The notes under the pieces are model-generated. The model worked only from the letters and a program-made list of their open reading frames with translations. It ran no database searches and was not told the origin of the DNA. Made by a program: the position numbers and the translations under genes. From Lama guanicoe (lineage: Eukaryota), in NCBI GenBank assembly GCA_013239625.1, contig MU054117.1, positions 2,168,011 to 2,232,010 on the forward strand: a stretch of 64,000 bases of DNA, written 5' to 3'. Shown one piece after another: positions 52,549-64,000 of the stretch; the first letter of the stretch is position 1; every line of letters begins with the position of its first letter.

Positions 52549-55500
52549 ATAGTTACAGAAAGTGTTAGGTACCCTTTTAATGCATATTTTTATGCCATAT
52601 ATGCCCAAGGAACATGTAAGCAAGAGGACATAGGCATTTAAGAGCCATTAGTCCCAGATTATGGTCACCTCATGCCTTGTGATTGACACGGATGCCAGAA
52701 ACAATCCATCAGAAATCCTTGTGTTTCCTCACCGGCACTGTGACCATGTGCCTGCCTCTCTAAAGAAAGGGAGCGTTGGATTTTTAGCATACTTTCCTTT
52801 CCCCTCCTGGTGTTTGGGACCTGTAGACATTGCCATGTCGCGCTGTCCCTGGATGGGATGAGCAGAGGGCAGGAAGGCCATCTTCCGGGCAGGGAGTGAT
52901 GAGTTAGTCGAACGTGGGCTTGGCTTGGCCCAGGGACGATAGGATGCTTGCAGTAGCCTGGTGCCTGCATCGAGGCTCCCCTTACAGCCAGGTTCCAGAT
53001 CCCCGTTGACTTCCTACCACGTACCCAGCATTCGGGACCAAGGGGTACTAACAGTGTGTAGCATGTGGCTCCTGTCCTCAGGGACGTCATCGTCAGGATG
53101 GGAAAGCAGCAGTCGGGGCTGGTTCTGAATTGCAAAGGCATGAACTGGGTGGGCTCCTGGGGACCTGGATGAGAGAGAAGCAACTGAGCATTGGCAGCAC
53201 GTCTGTCAGTCCCACTCCCCAGACCAGCGTAAGCAAGGGTAACCAATCCATAGGGCAGGCTCTGGCACTGCAGGGCTGAATGACGTGGTCGGGACTTGGT
53301 GTTGCTGCATCCTGCCTCTGCTTACTGCTGCTGGGTTGGCCCCATTCCCAGATAGGCCTTGTTCTTGCAAGGTAACTGGTCGGCCTGGAGCTCTTACTCA
53401 TACGCAGCAGGGTGAGGAATGCGTTGGGGCCTAGAGATGGGTGCCAAAGGCTTGAGGCCTGACTGGAGGGCTGCAGGGGTCTGCGGGGATCTGAGTACCA
53501 GAGCACAGACGGGAGCCTGGCCTGTACATCAGCACCTTCACTGCACAATGGGGTGTGAAAGTCAGCTCTCCACGTTTGTGGCCTTGCTCCCCCCTCTGCC
53601 CCGACATCGGGTGCCCTTGGGAGCCCCTCCTGTTTCTGTGTGTCCCACAGCACTGGGACGTCCCCAGCAAAAGGAGCGGGTGGGAGGATGTGGGTGAGGG
53701 GAGAGTTGGGGCCCGTGGGGGCTTCTCCCAACTGGACAGGGCTTTGGGCTCGAGCTCAGGGTTTGGGGAGCTTCATAGGTTCTTGAGCCAGAGATGATGG
53801 GACAGAAGAGTGTTGGGAAGGTTCAGGCAGCGTCATAGTGGACAAGAAGGGGGAGCCTGTGGCCAGGAGCCGCAGGCAGGGAGGGCGGATGAGAGAGGCG
53901 TTTCAAAGGGAATAAGGGCAGGACATGGTGACAGATTGGGAACGAGGATGAAGGGAAGGGACGAGTGGGGGCAGCAGGCAAGGCTGACACCGGGTCCACA
54001 GGCACAGGCTTTTCTGTTTTTATGGGCTTTTCATTTTTTATGGCTTTGCGGTGGGGATGTGACCCCAGCTTGGAATCTCTCCCCTTGAGCATACTGCTGC
54101 AGAGGGGAGACAGGTGGGTGAAGAGCTGCTTTCTGTCTCCCCTGCCCCCCTGCTCCCCCCATTTCAGGCCCAGACCTGGCCCCTCGGCCCCACTGAAGCC
54201 TGTGTCCCCTGCTGCAGGCAGGTGAGCTCATTGAAAATTAGCATTCCAGGCCTGGTCCTTCCTCCTGCTCTGCCGCAGTGGAGCCAGGAGCCCGGAGCCC
54301 GCGGAGACAGAGGGAATGACAAGTACCTCGCGGCCCCTCCCTGGCTTCTCCTCCTGCCTCGCAGACCTCCCGCCCTCACCTGCCCGCCGGCCCCAGAGTA
54401 TCTGCCCAGAGACACCGCCTGCTCCACACGACTTAGATGACGGGCAGAGGGCTGCAGGGCGGCCAGACTGTGGATGGGGGTGCCGCCACTTGCCCTTCCC
54501 CGCCCCTAGCCTGACCACTCCTTCTGTCTTCTTTCTTCCTCTTTCTTCCTCTCCCCTCTCCTCCCCATCCTCCCTTCTCACCTCCCCACACTCCCCGCTT
54601 TTCCTCACTTCTTCCTTCCTCTCCATTCCTCTTCCCCTCTCTCCCTGCTGATTGGCACCTGGTGCCTCCCAAGGTTGGGAGCCTCAATCAGCTGCCTGCA
54701 TAATTAGCAGATCATCCTTAATTACCCAGTGAGTGGAGAAGATAAAGGGGAAGGCAGGAGCTGTTCAGGGGACCGGGTGAGGGGGCAGGGCCGGTGAGGG
54801 GAGGAGCAGCAGCAGTTGAGGGCAGGAGGGGTGTCCCCTAACACCCCAAGCAGCTGCCTGGGGTGAGGATTGGAGGGTGCACCACCCTGCAGGGGCCACG
54901 GGCCTGTCTGGCTTCATAGGAAATCTTCCCAGAAGGTAATGGAGTCAGCTTTGGAGGTGGTGGGACAGGGAGCCCAGGCACTGTCCTGGCCACCCCCCCC
55001 CTCCGCCCCGGGAGAAGAGTGTGCCTCCTTCACCTTGACCGCCAGGCGCCCCAGGCCTCAACCAGAGGAGCCCTCTGCACTCTGCCCTCGTGGTGCTCCC
55101 TGGCAGAGTGGAAGTTTCTCCTCCACGTCTGCTCAGCACTGCCCAGTCCGTGGGTGGTCAAGGCAAGTGTTGACCAAGTTCTTACACTATGTCGGTTCTT
55201 GGTGCATGAGATATACATTCGCTCCCTTGACCTTTACAGCAGTTCCGTGAAGTAGAGGTTCCTATTCCTGTTTTCAGCTGGAGAAAATGAGACATAGACT
55301 GGTTAAGTGACTTGCCCAAAGCCACACTGCTACTGTCCCCAGGTCTGTGGGACACTTTAGTTATTTATTTCCCTGATGGATGGAATCTCCTTAGGGCAGG
55401 TGTGTGTTAGTGATGCGTCTCTGTCCCAGGCTCTGAGCAGACTGGCTGAGCCAGTTCCTTCCCTGCTGGTGTCCCGGAGACGTGCTGTGGAGACTTGGCT

Positions 55501-58500
55501 CCAGTGATGAGCCTGGAAGCTGACCTGCCTTGAAGCCAGCCACCAAGCTGGGGTGTGCAGATCAGGACCCACAAACAAGTTACCCTCTTGCCACCATCCC
55601 CTGCCTCATAGCTCTTGGTCCCAGTTCCCATGCGGCCCAGCGGTCTTTCCTAACACTGCCTTCCAGACTGTCAGTGCCAGTGGTGATGACACATGAGCTG
55701 AAACCTCTTTCTCATCCTTGGTCTGAGTGTGGGCTACCTGGGGGCTTTGTCAACCCGCAGGCCATTACTTAGTCTTACAGGTTCTTGGATAAGAAAAGAA
55801 CCCTGAAAACCATGTCTTCCGCTCCCCTGACCCACACAGGAAACCCCCCGAAGCATCCCTGACAGGTGGGCATCCAGCTGGAATCTGCTTCCTTGCAGAG
55901 CTGTGCAGCTGTTGACTAGAAAGTTCTCTGTGTGCAGAACTGACGTCTTCCTCGTAACTCCTCCCACCGCTCCCATGGGTGACACACAATAAGTCTAATT
56001 GCTTTTCCACCTGACAGCACTTGTGATCTTTCTGATATTTGAAGGGAATTATCATATTCTCCAAGTCATCTCATCTTTAGCCAGAACACCCCCCAGTTAT
56101 CTTGTATGACTCAGGTTCCTCACTCATCCCCCCCTCATTAACTTGTCATTTTTTATTCAGTAGATATTTGTCTCATGTCAGGCTCTGTCCCAGGTGCTAG
56201 AGATGCAGCCGTGAATCAGACAGGCCCCATAGTCTAGAAGGGAAGTCAGCGCCCTCTTAGAACATGGGACCAGTTTGAAGGGGATGCAGCTGTGGATGAG
56301 GTGGGTGCCTGGCGTAGATCAGCTCATCAGTCCGGGTCTCTCTGCTCTCTAGTGTCGCTAGGGGAGCTCCTTGTTTATTAAAAGAAAGTGGGAGAGGGAC
56401 AAGGAGCTGTGTGTTCCAAGGCCTCATTTCCTTTCCAAGCTGCTCACCGTGCTTTTAGGCAGGTGACCCAAGCCTCCAGGTCCTCTCTCACCCGCACTGC
56501 TGCAGGAACTCCGTGCTCTGTGTTTGTGCACTTGGCTCTTTAAACCTCAGTACTGGGCTTCACCTTCACAGTCATCCTCTGCAGTTCCGTCTTCTCTGTT
56601 CTTCTGGTCTTTCAAGATCATGTGAGTCTTGAGTCCGTAGTGCAGGCATTTTTGGCCCCCTCCATTTGATACCCCACCTTACTAACCAGGCGTTGGATGA
56701 GCTGCGCAGGGCCCTGCGGCAGGAGACCTCCGTGCAAGGCTGAGGTCAGCCCGCTCTTCAGCGTGCTTTATGGGGGCTGTTGTTCGTCTGGCTCTGGTTT
56801 TCCTGCATGTGCTCCCTCCAGCCCCACGGCTCCTCTTGTCCGCGGGCTTTTGTGGGAAGCTGTCAGAACCCTTGCTGACTCAAGCGGCACTGTGTGTAAG
56901 GCCCTCCCCTGTGCTCCTGTCGAATAACCCTGCCGAAAAAGAGACGCTGTGCGTTCAGAACAGTGCTGGCCCGGGGAGCCGCCTCTTCCATTTCAAAGTG
57001 CTCGGGACCCTCTATTTAATAATCCATCCTGGAAACGGACTGGGTTCATTATTAAGCCTGATGCCTACAACTGTGAGAAGTCAGATGGAAGACCCAGACA
57101 GCCGACTTTGTCCGTCTCTGGGTTGGACGTCCCTCCCACCCTCCACGCCAACTTCGAATGCAGGGGTTTCATAACCATGAGGTCACGTGAGCACCGGGCG
57201 GCGTGTGGCTGATCCGGGCACCTGAGGAAGTAGCTTGTGTGCGAGGACCCGCTCCCGGTGAGGAGGCCCTCCTCCCTGCTGGAGAGACCGCACTTGTGCT
57301 AGTCACTGACTCCGCGTCTCTCCTGGAAGGAAACTGTGCCTCTTGTTCTCTGTTTGCGTCGCTGCCCCACTCAGATCAGTAAGTCAAGGAAAACTAAGCT
57401 GGTCTGGGTGCCTGCTCCCAGCCCAGCCCTTGTGTCCCCAAGCCTCTGCACACGAGGAGCCAGGAGTCATCTGGGAGACTCTTGGGGATGGAGACCCCTG
57501 GGCTGTGAACCTGGCTGATCTGGTGGGTTCTTTGAGGGCACAACCTCCTAGAGTTGGTGGGGATGGTTTAAGAAGGTTGGGCAAGTCTTGACTGCTCACT
57601 TCAGCCTTTAAAGAAACCCTGGAGTTCCCTGGCTGTGTCGTCTCTGACCCCGGAGACAGCGGGGGTCCCTCTGCCGTCCACCCGCCATGTCCTCCTGCTG
57701 TTCTGGGGAGCTGAGCTTGCAGCTCTGCCTTGCTTCACGTGCCTCACCGTGTGCTCACTCCTGCCCAGTGGATGTCACCACTCTGGACGTGGAACACACT
57801 GGCCACAGCAGGGGCTGGTGTTCCTGGAGGTAGGAGGGCGCCCTGGCGGTGTGGGCCAGAATCCCTGTGCCGTGAGAAGAACCTCATATTGCTGAGTGAC
57901 GTGGGCACGAGTGAGGCTGGTGTGTGTTCACCCTTAGGCACGTGGTGTTACATGGACGTCCAGTAACGGTGGGGGGAGCTGTGCCAGTGCCGGGCCGTCC
58001 CGGCGCTGGGGCTGCGGCAGGGAGCAGAGCCCTTGGCCCAGGAGTGGCTGCATGACCGCAGAGCCAGCTGGGGGTTGGAGAGGGACAGGGGCAGTTTCAG
58101 ATTCCGTGCTCGGGAAGGCTCTGGCGTGGAGGGGCTCAGTGAAGGGAGGGACCTGCCGTGAGCGCATCTGGAGGGACAGTGAAGGCCACACGACAGGACA
58201 GCGTTCGGCCTGTTCAGGCAGTAGCAGGGCTCTCTGTGGCTGGAGCCCACGGTCCTGGGGCTGGGGGGACAGTGGCAGCTGGTGGGCAGCCCGACCACAA
58301 CTGTGAGAACTGTGGTGAGGACTTTGATTTACCCAAAACCGCTTACCCTGTGTTGGGCAGTTCTCCTGGACGGTTCCAAACTTGAATTTAGGCCCCGCCT
58401 TGCCTGTTACTCAGCCTCGCTGAGCTCTGGTTTCCTCCATGTAAGTTGTGATGATGCTGTGAACTCAGGCAGGAACCATGTCCCCTCAGATGGCACATGC

Positions 58501-58769
58501 AGCTGGCAGCCTGGGGCCAGGATGATTGCCTACCCCTGCCCAGAGCGCCAGGGAACTTACACAGCCATTCCTTGACCCTTCAGGTCGGTGGCCCTGCTCG
58601 AGGTCCCTGGGCAGCTCCCAGATTGCCCAGACACACAGATGTCACTATTTTAGGAGCTCCTCCCTGAGCCCCAGCTTCACAAGTTTGCCGTTAGAAGCAG
58701 GAGGGGTGCAGGGCTGCCAGGACTTGGGGAGCAGCCTCCAGCCCTGTGATTTTCTTTTTTTGGTGTCAG

Positions 58770-58881
58770 GATCTCCCAGCGAGTAGAACTCAGCCGGAGG
58801 CAGCTGCAGACCATTGGGGAAAGGGTCTCCCTGGCCCAGGCCAAGATTGAGAAGATCAAGGGCAGCAAGAAGGCCATCAAG
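58770..58881 (+). CDS. WASHC1: WASHC1 exon 3 (112 nt)
   Basis: Polypyrimidine tract and [40 protein letters not shown]; donor AAG|GTAGCC. Confidence 0.95.
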
Positions 58882-59081
58882 GTAGCCCACGCGTCCCCGT
58901 CCCTGTGGCTGGTGGGCAGTCCGAGAAGCCCCATTCCCTGCCCTCTCCCCGTGCCCCGAGGCAGCCAGGTCCTGCCGCCGCTCCAGCCACACCTGCCGCC
59001 CAGAATACCCCCAGCCCCAACCTAGGCTCTCTGGAGCACCTCTGGGCCCCACAGAAGTGAGGTCAGACTCCATGTCCGCAG

Positions 59082-59228
59082 GTGTTCTCCAGTGCCAAGT
59101 ACCCCGCCCCGGAGCGCCTGCAGGAGTACGGCTCCATCTTCACGGGTGCCCGGGACCCTGGCCTGCAGATGCGGCCCCGCCGCAGGATCCAGAGCAAGCC
59201 CCGCCCCCTGGACGAGCGGGCCCTGCAG
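59082..59228 (+). CDS. WASHC1: WASHC1 exon 4 (147 nt)
   Basis: [53 protein letters not shown] boundaries, phase 0. Confidence 0.95.
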
Positions 59229-59378
59229 GTCTGGGGGTGAACAGAGGTGGCCCTGGACGTTGGGGGGAAACTGAGGGCCTCATAGAGTTTTGTCCCCCAA
59301 GAGGATTCTGACTGCAATGGGGCAGAGTCCCTTTGGGCAGATGCCATCACCGTCACTTCCCCTAACCCCCACCCCCAG

Positions 59379-59515
59379 GAGAAGCTGAAATACTTCCCTG
59401 TGTGTGTGAGCACCAGGCCGGAGCCTGAGGACGAGGCCGAGGAGGGGCTGGGGGGTCTTCCCAGCAACATTAGCTCCGTCAGCTCCTTGCTGCTCTTCAA
59501 CACCACCGAAAACCT
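59379..59515 (+). CDS. WASHC1: WASHC1 exon 5 (137 nt)
   Basis: [45 protein letters not shown](L); donor CT|GTATGG. Confidence 0.94.
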
Positions 59516-59773
59516 GTATGGCCGCGGTAGGGGGCTGTGGAGGGCTGGGTGGAGGCTGGCCTGGCTTAGTGGGCGACCCGGGGGCACCAGGCTCAGGTGC
59601 AGCAGAAATCTGCTGCCAGGGAGCCAGGAGGCCCCTGACCCGTTGGTTTTGCCTGGGAGGCCCTGGGAGGCCACAGTACAAATGAATTGTGGCCCCAGTG
59701 AAGTGGGAAGCGTGGTCCAGACTGTGGGTCTAGAGCAGAAGCTGGATTGCCTGACCTCTACCCGACTCTGTAG

Positions 59774-59909
59774 GTACAAAAAGTACGTCTTCCTGGACCC
59801 GCTGGCTGGCGCCGTAACAAAGACCCATGTGATGCTGGGGACTGAGACGGAGGAGAAGCTGTTTGATGCTCCTTTGTCCATCAGCAAGAGAGAGCAGCTG
59901 GAGCAGCAG
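59774..59909 (+). CDS. WASHC1: WASHC1 exon 6 (136 nt)
   Basis: [58 protein letters not shown]. Confidence 0.95.
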
Positions 59910-60076
59910 GTGGAGAGCAAGCACACGTGGGTTGGGGGGAGGCAAGTCCAGTCCAGGGGCCTGATGAGCCCCTTACCCCACCCAGCTGTGCGTGGGGACG
60001 TATGAGCCACTGGCCACCCAAGGACAAACTGTAGGGCCCATTCCTGCACAGCCCCTGACATCCCCCCATCCCACAG

Positions 60077-60278
60077 GTCCCAGAGAACTACTTCTACGTG
60101 CCTGACTTGGGCCAGGTGCCTGAGATCGACGTGCCGTCCTACCTGCCCGACTTGCCGGGCGTAGCTGATGACCTCATGTACAGTGCGGACCTCGGCCCCG
60201 GCATCGCCCCGTCGGCCCCTGGGCCCATTCCAGAGCTGCCCGCATTCCACACGGAGGTAGCCCAGCCTTTCAAGCCAG
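60077..60278 (+). CDS. WASHC1: WASHC1 exon 7 (202 nt)
   Basis: [67 protein letters not shown]; donor CAG|GTGAGC (phase 1). Confidence 0.95.
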
Positions 60279-60385
60279 GTGAGCTGAGAGCTGGGAACAG
60301 AGTTGGGTGGGAGCCCCCCCTCCCCCAACCCGCTCAGCCACTTTTTTCCCAAGGCACGTCACACCTTTTCACACTCCTGTCTCAG

Positions 60386-60512
60386 ACCTAGAAGATGGGG
60401 TGCTCACAGCACCTGCACCGCCGAGCTCCCCCACCTCCACCTCCACCGCAGACCGCGGCCCCTCCAGGACAAGCCACCAGGGAGGAAGACAGCAGCGGCC
60501 TGTCTCCTTCAG
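60386..60512 (+). CDS. WASHC1: WASHC1 exon 8, proline-rich region; 127 nt with apparent internal frameshift
   Basis: Begins (D)LEDGVLTAP in one frame and ends [29 protein letters not shown] in the +1 frame. Acceptor CTCAG|, donor TCAG|GTACAA. Confidence 0.82.
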
Positions 60513-61177
60513 GTACAAGCAGTACTGGGGTGGGGCGTGTGGGGATTTGCTCTTTGAGGACACCTCTTGATTTCTGGATCCCTAAAGGAGGTCCAGACTG
60601 TAGGTCCCTTTCTGTAGGTTGGCTAAGTGGTCATAAATTTTAGATTTTCAGAATAGTTCTTATTTCAAAATCTTGTTCCACTGGGTTCATGAAATAGTGG
60701 TTTCAAACCATGTGGCACCCTAGAATTCTAAGCTCGAGGGAAGTGGGAGCCTGGGTGCCCGGTTCCTACTTGAACCAGTGGGAAAAGGGGTTACCAAGAA
60801 AAACAGAAAACTACAGCAACACAGTATCTGTGTCTCTCAAACTCAGACTTGGTTTTATTAGTATGTCTCCCAGGCCATCTCCAGCGCCCAGAAGTGGCAC
60901 AAAAATCCCTTGTTGGCCCGTGTCAGGTTCAGTCAGCCAGCATGTGGGTAATTCTCTGGGTCCACCGGAATAGCGTGGCACCAAGAACGGGTGGGGTTGG
61001 TGGGGCTGGGCTGCTGGACATGTGGCTTTCTGGGCATCCAGACCCGGGACGGCCTCCTGTCTCCCGAGGCGCCGCTTCGCCAGCTGCCTCCTCCCCGGAA
61101 CCTTAGGCTGGGCCAGCCCACAGCCCGGCCCCGTCTGAGCGGCCTTTCTTCCTCGCCCCTTCCCACCCCGGCCCCAG

Positions 61178-61330
61178 TCCAGGGAGCGCCCAAGGAAGTG
61201 GTTGACCCCTCCAGTGGCCGGGCCACTCTGCTGGAGTCCATCCGCCAGGCCGGCGGCATCGGCAAGGCCAAGCTGCGCAGCGTCAAGGAGCGCAAGCTGG
61301 AGAAGAAGAAGCAGAAGGAGCAGGAGCAAG
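61178..61330 (+). CDS. WASHC1: WASHC1 exon 9 (153 nt), WH2/V segment of VCA
   Basis: (V)[50 protein letters not shown]. Confidence 0.95.
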
Positions 61331-61913
61331 GTGGGGCGCCCCCGTCCCCAGCGGCCCTCCCCTCTGCTCCTCCCTGGCTTGGCGTCTGCTTGCTGGAACT
61401 GTCCTCCCTCAGCCCCGCTCAAACGAGAGCCTTCTTAGTGGACTCTGCCGGTTGTCCGAGGAAATGGTCGAGGACCTGGGTATTTTTCGAGGGACACCTG
61501 GCTCAGTCCTGCTTCTCTGAGCCTCTGAATTACATCAGCTGTGAATCCCCAACGCTGGCACAGATGCCACATCTGGGCCTAACACAGCACCGCCCTGGGC
61601 GTCCAGTCCCGAGTCTGAGCCCCAGCTCTGCTTCTGGGCTTTGCGCGGTGACCCCAGGCAAACTGCTTGATCCCGCTGGGCTGAATGCTTTGTCCAGCCA
61701 GTGGGGCTGCTCTGTGCCCCTTGTCTTGAAGAGTTCAGCTGTTTTCTTATTAGTGCTGAGACCAAAACCCCAAGATCTGTGGTGACCCGGTGGCCGTGGA
61801 CGGGCCGGTGTGTTGACAGAATGGAGAATAAAGCGCCTGAACCTGAGGGTGTTACACAGGCTGCCCCTGGTCAACCTCGGCCCCATCATCTCCCCCTGGC
61901 TTTCCTGTTGCAG

Positions 61914-61982
61914 TGAGAGCCACCAGCCAAGGTGGGGACCTGATGTCCGATCTCTTCAACAAGCTGGCCATGAGGCGCAAAG
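61914..61982 (+). CDS. WASHC1: WASHC1 exon 10 (69 nt), C segment of VCA
   Basis: (V)RATSQGGDLMSDLFNKLAMRRK; TTGCAG| acceptor and AAG|GTAGGA donor. Confidence 0.95.
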
Positions 61983-62059
61983 GTAGGAGGGATCTCTGCA
62001 GGGGCTGGGTGGACTGGTGCCCCACACCAGCCCCTCACTCCCCACCTCTGCCCTCCCAG

Positions 62060-62199
62060 GTATCTCCGGGAAAGGACCTGGGCCGGGGGCCAGCGAGGGG
62101 CCGGGAGGAGCCTTTGCCCGAATGTCAGACTCCATTCCACCTCTGCCACCCCCACAGCAGCCCCCGGGAGAGGAGGATGAGGACGACTGGGAGTCCTAG
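62060..62199 (+). CDS. WASHC1: WASHC1 last coding exon, acidic Arp2/3-binding tail
   Basis: (G)[45 protein letters not shown] ending in TAG at 62197-62199. Confidence 0.96.
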
Positions 62200-62404
62200 G
62201 GGCTCGCCTTCCCCTTCTCCCGAATCGCAGGACAGCCAGACGGGCCCCTTGGAGGGACAGGGTTGTGGAGGGCTGTCCTGCTCTGTTGCCCGGACCTCCT
62301 TCAGGGAGCAGGGAGGCTGTCTTCCAAGGCCGAAGAAGGGGGTACTGTTACTCTCTGTGCTCTGCCCCGCCCCAGAGAGAGGTGGAGGTAAAGCAGCTCG
62401 AATC

Positions 62405-62410
62405 AATAAA
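62405..62410 (+). terminator. Polyadenylation signal AATAAA of WASHC1
   Basis: First AATAAA downstream of the stop codon, about 205 nt after it. Confidence 0.7.
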
Positions 62411-63207
62411 GACAGATGATGCAGGAACTGGGTGTAAGCCAGCAGTGCGCCTTTAACTAAGAAGCCCTACCGTGCGGAACACAGACGCCCCTCCGCTGCG
62501 GCCTGTCCCGCTCCCGCTGCTCTCAGCTGGGGGGACTAGGGCGGGAGAGGTGCAGTCAGCAAGGGCAGACGGAGGAGGTGTATCTGCACCCAGGAAAACA
62601 CATCTCAGTGACAGACTTGGTTTCTCTAAAAATAGCCTTGCTGAGCGCCTAATGGCCCTCGGTGTAATTGCTGATGTCAGCGGGGAAGGTGTCTCGGAGC
62701 TGCTCAAGCAGCTGAGAGGGAGGGGGGTACCGCTGGCTTGGAGGACCTGGAGCCATGCCAGGGAGCTGGCGGGCCGGGAGCAGGCAGGTCCTAACGACTT
62801 GGGGGAGGAGGGTGGCTGAGGTGACCAGGAGAGGGTGGAGAAGGGGGACGTTCTTCATCTCCAGGAGGGGGTGAAGGGTTGAGAGCAGCTAATTTTAGTG
62901 AGAAAGGGAGAGACAGGAAGGGCCTGCTCCGTGTCCCCTTTAAGAAGGTGACACTGAGAAACAAGGGCTGGGATGCTGCAGCCTGTGCAGCTGTCACAAA
63001 GGCCGGCCGGGATTCCGTGCAGCGAGCTGGATGCTGGGCCACGCTGAGGCGGGACAGACCCGGGCCCCGGGAGGGCAGTGCCGGGCTATGGGACGGGTCT
63101 AGGGGGGCTGGGCCCGCTGTTTCTGCAGGATCAGCCTCACTTCCTCCTGTTGGCTTTCATCTTCTTAGGCAGGATGCCTGCAGACCAGGCCCCAGACGGA
63201 CACCATC

Positions 63208-63252
63208 TCAAGTGGGCAGGCTGACGGAAGGGCCAGACTTCTCACGATGGAA
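63208..63252 (-). CDS. DDX11: DDX11 last coding exon
   Basis: CCCCAG|TTC CAT CGT GAG AAG; FHREKSGPSVSLPT*. Confidence 0.88.
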   Translation of the reverse strand, partial: FHREKSGPSVSLPT

Positions 63253-63329
63253 CTGGGGAGAGGGGAGGACAGTGAGACGCCAGCTTGGGGTGTGGGCGGT
63301 TCTCAGGGAAAGAGAAAGGCAGGACTGAC

Positions 63330-63484
63330 CGTCCGCAAAGCAGCAAAGGCAGGGCCAAAGCTGGCTTTGACCTGCACGCGGTCGCGGATCCAGGCCGGCA
63401 GCTTTGCCAGGACAGGTGGGCGGGCGTACCGGTGGTCCAGGAGCACTATGCTGGCAAAGTCCTTCTGGTGCCTGATGGCCCGGC
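63330..63484 (-). CDS. DDX11: DDX11 penultimate coding exon (155 nt)
   Basis: (G)[54 protein letters not shown]/Chl1-family QSIGRAIR motif across the junction; donor ACG|GTCAGT. Confidence 0.94.
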
Positions 63485-63542
63485 CTGGGCGGGAACAGGG
63501 GCTGGGGCTGAGTTAAACCTGCCTCCCCCACGTGTGTTTCTA

Positions 63543-63998
<456 letters not shown>

Positions 63999-64000
63999 CC

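Noticed and set aside
59516..59523. GTATGG donor as a possible U12-type intron
   Set aside because: It lacks the GTATCCTT consensus and a TCCTTAAC branch site.
59063..60352. 429-aa minus-strand ORF, the longest in the window
   Set aside because: It is antisense to WASHC1 exons 4-7, starts at TTG, is GC-rich and has no recognisable domain. Best explained as a shadow ORF.

Overview
This is mammalian genomic DNA, probably camelid, because it carries Vic-1-like tRNA-derived SINEs and cetartiodactyl-type L1 3' ends. It holds three genes. (1) The 5' part of IQSEC3 on the minus strand: coding exon 1 at 30479-31014, exon 2 at 7711-7794, and the rest of the gene off the left edge. (2) A complete WASHC1 (WASH1) gene on the plus strand: a CpG-island promoter at about 47.3-48 kb and 10 coding exons from 50530 to 62199. 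(3) The last three coding exons of DDX11 on the minus strand (63208-63746), tail-to-tail with WASHC1. The remainder is intron and intergenic DNA rich in L1, L2, MIR, LTR and hAT-type elements, with one 56-nt assembly gap. I found no convincing new multi-gene system. The best leads are: an apparent frameshift in WASHC1 exon 8 (probably an assembly error); a MER53/miR-1302 hairpin upstream of WASHC1 whose core may be inverted relative to human; two mirtron-like intron hairpins; a stop-free in-frame WASHC1 intron; a MEF2/CCAAT/TATA cassette in WASHC1 intron 1; and an open alternative frame at the DDX11 3' end. Comparisons with human and mouse come from memory and need confirming by alignment. Repeat boundaries are approximate.
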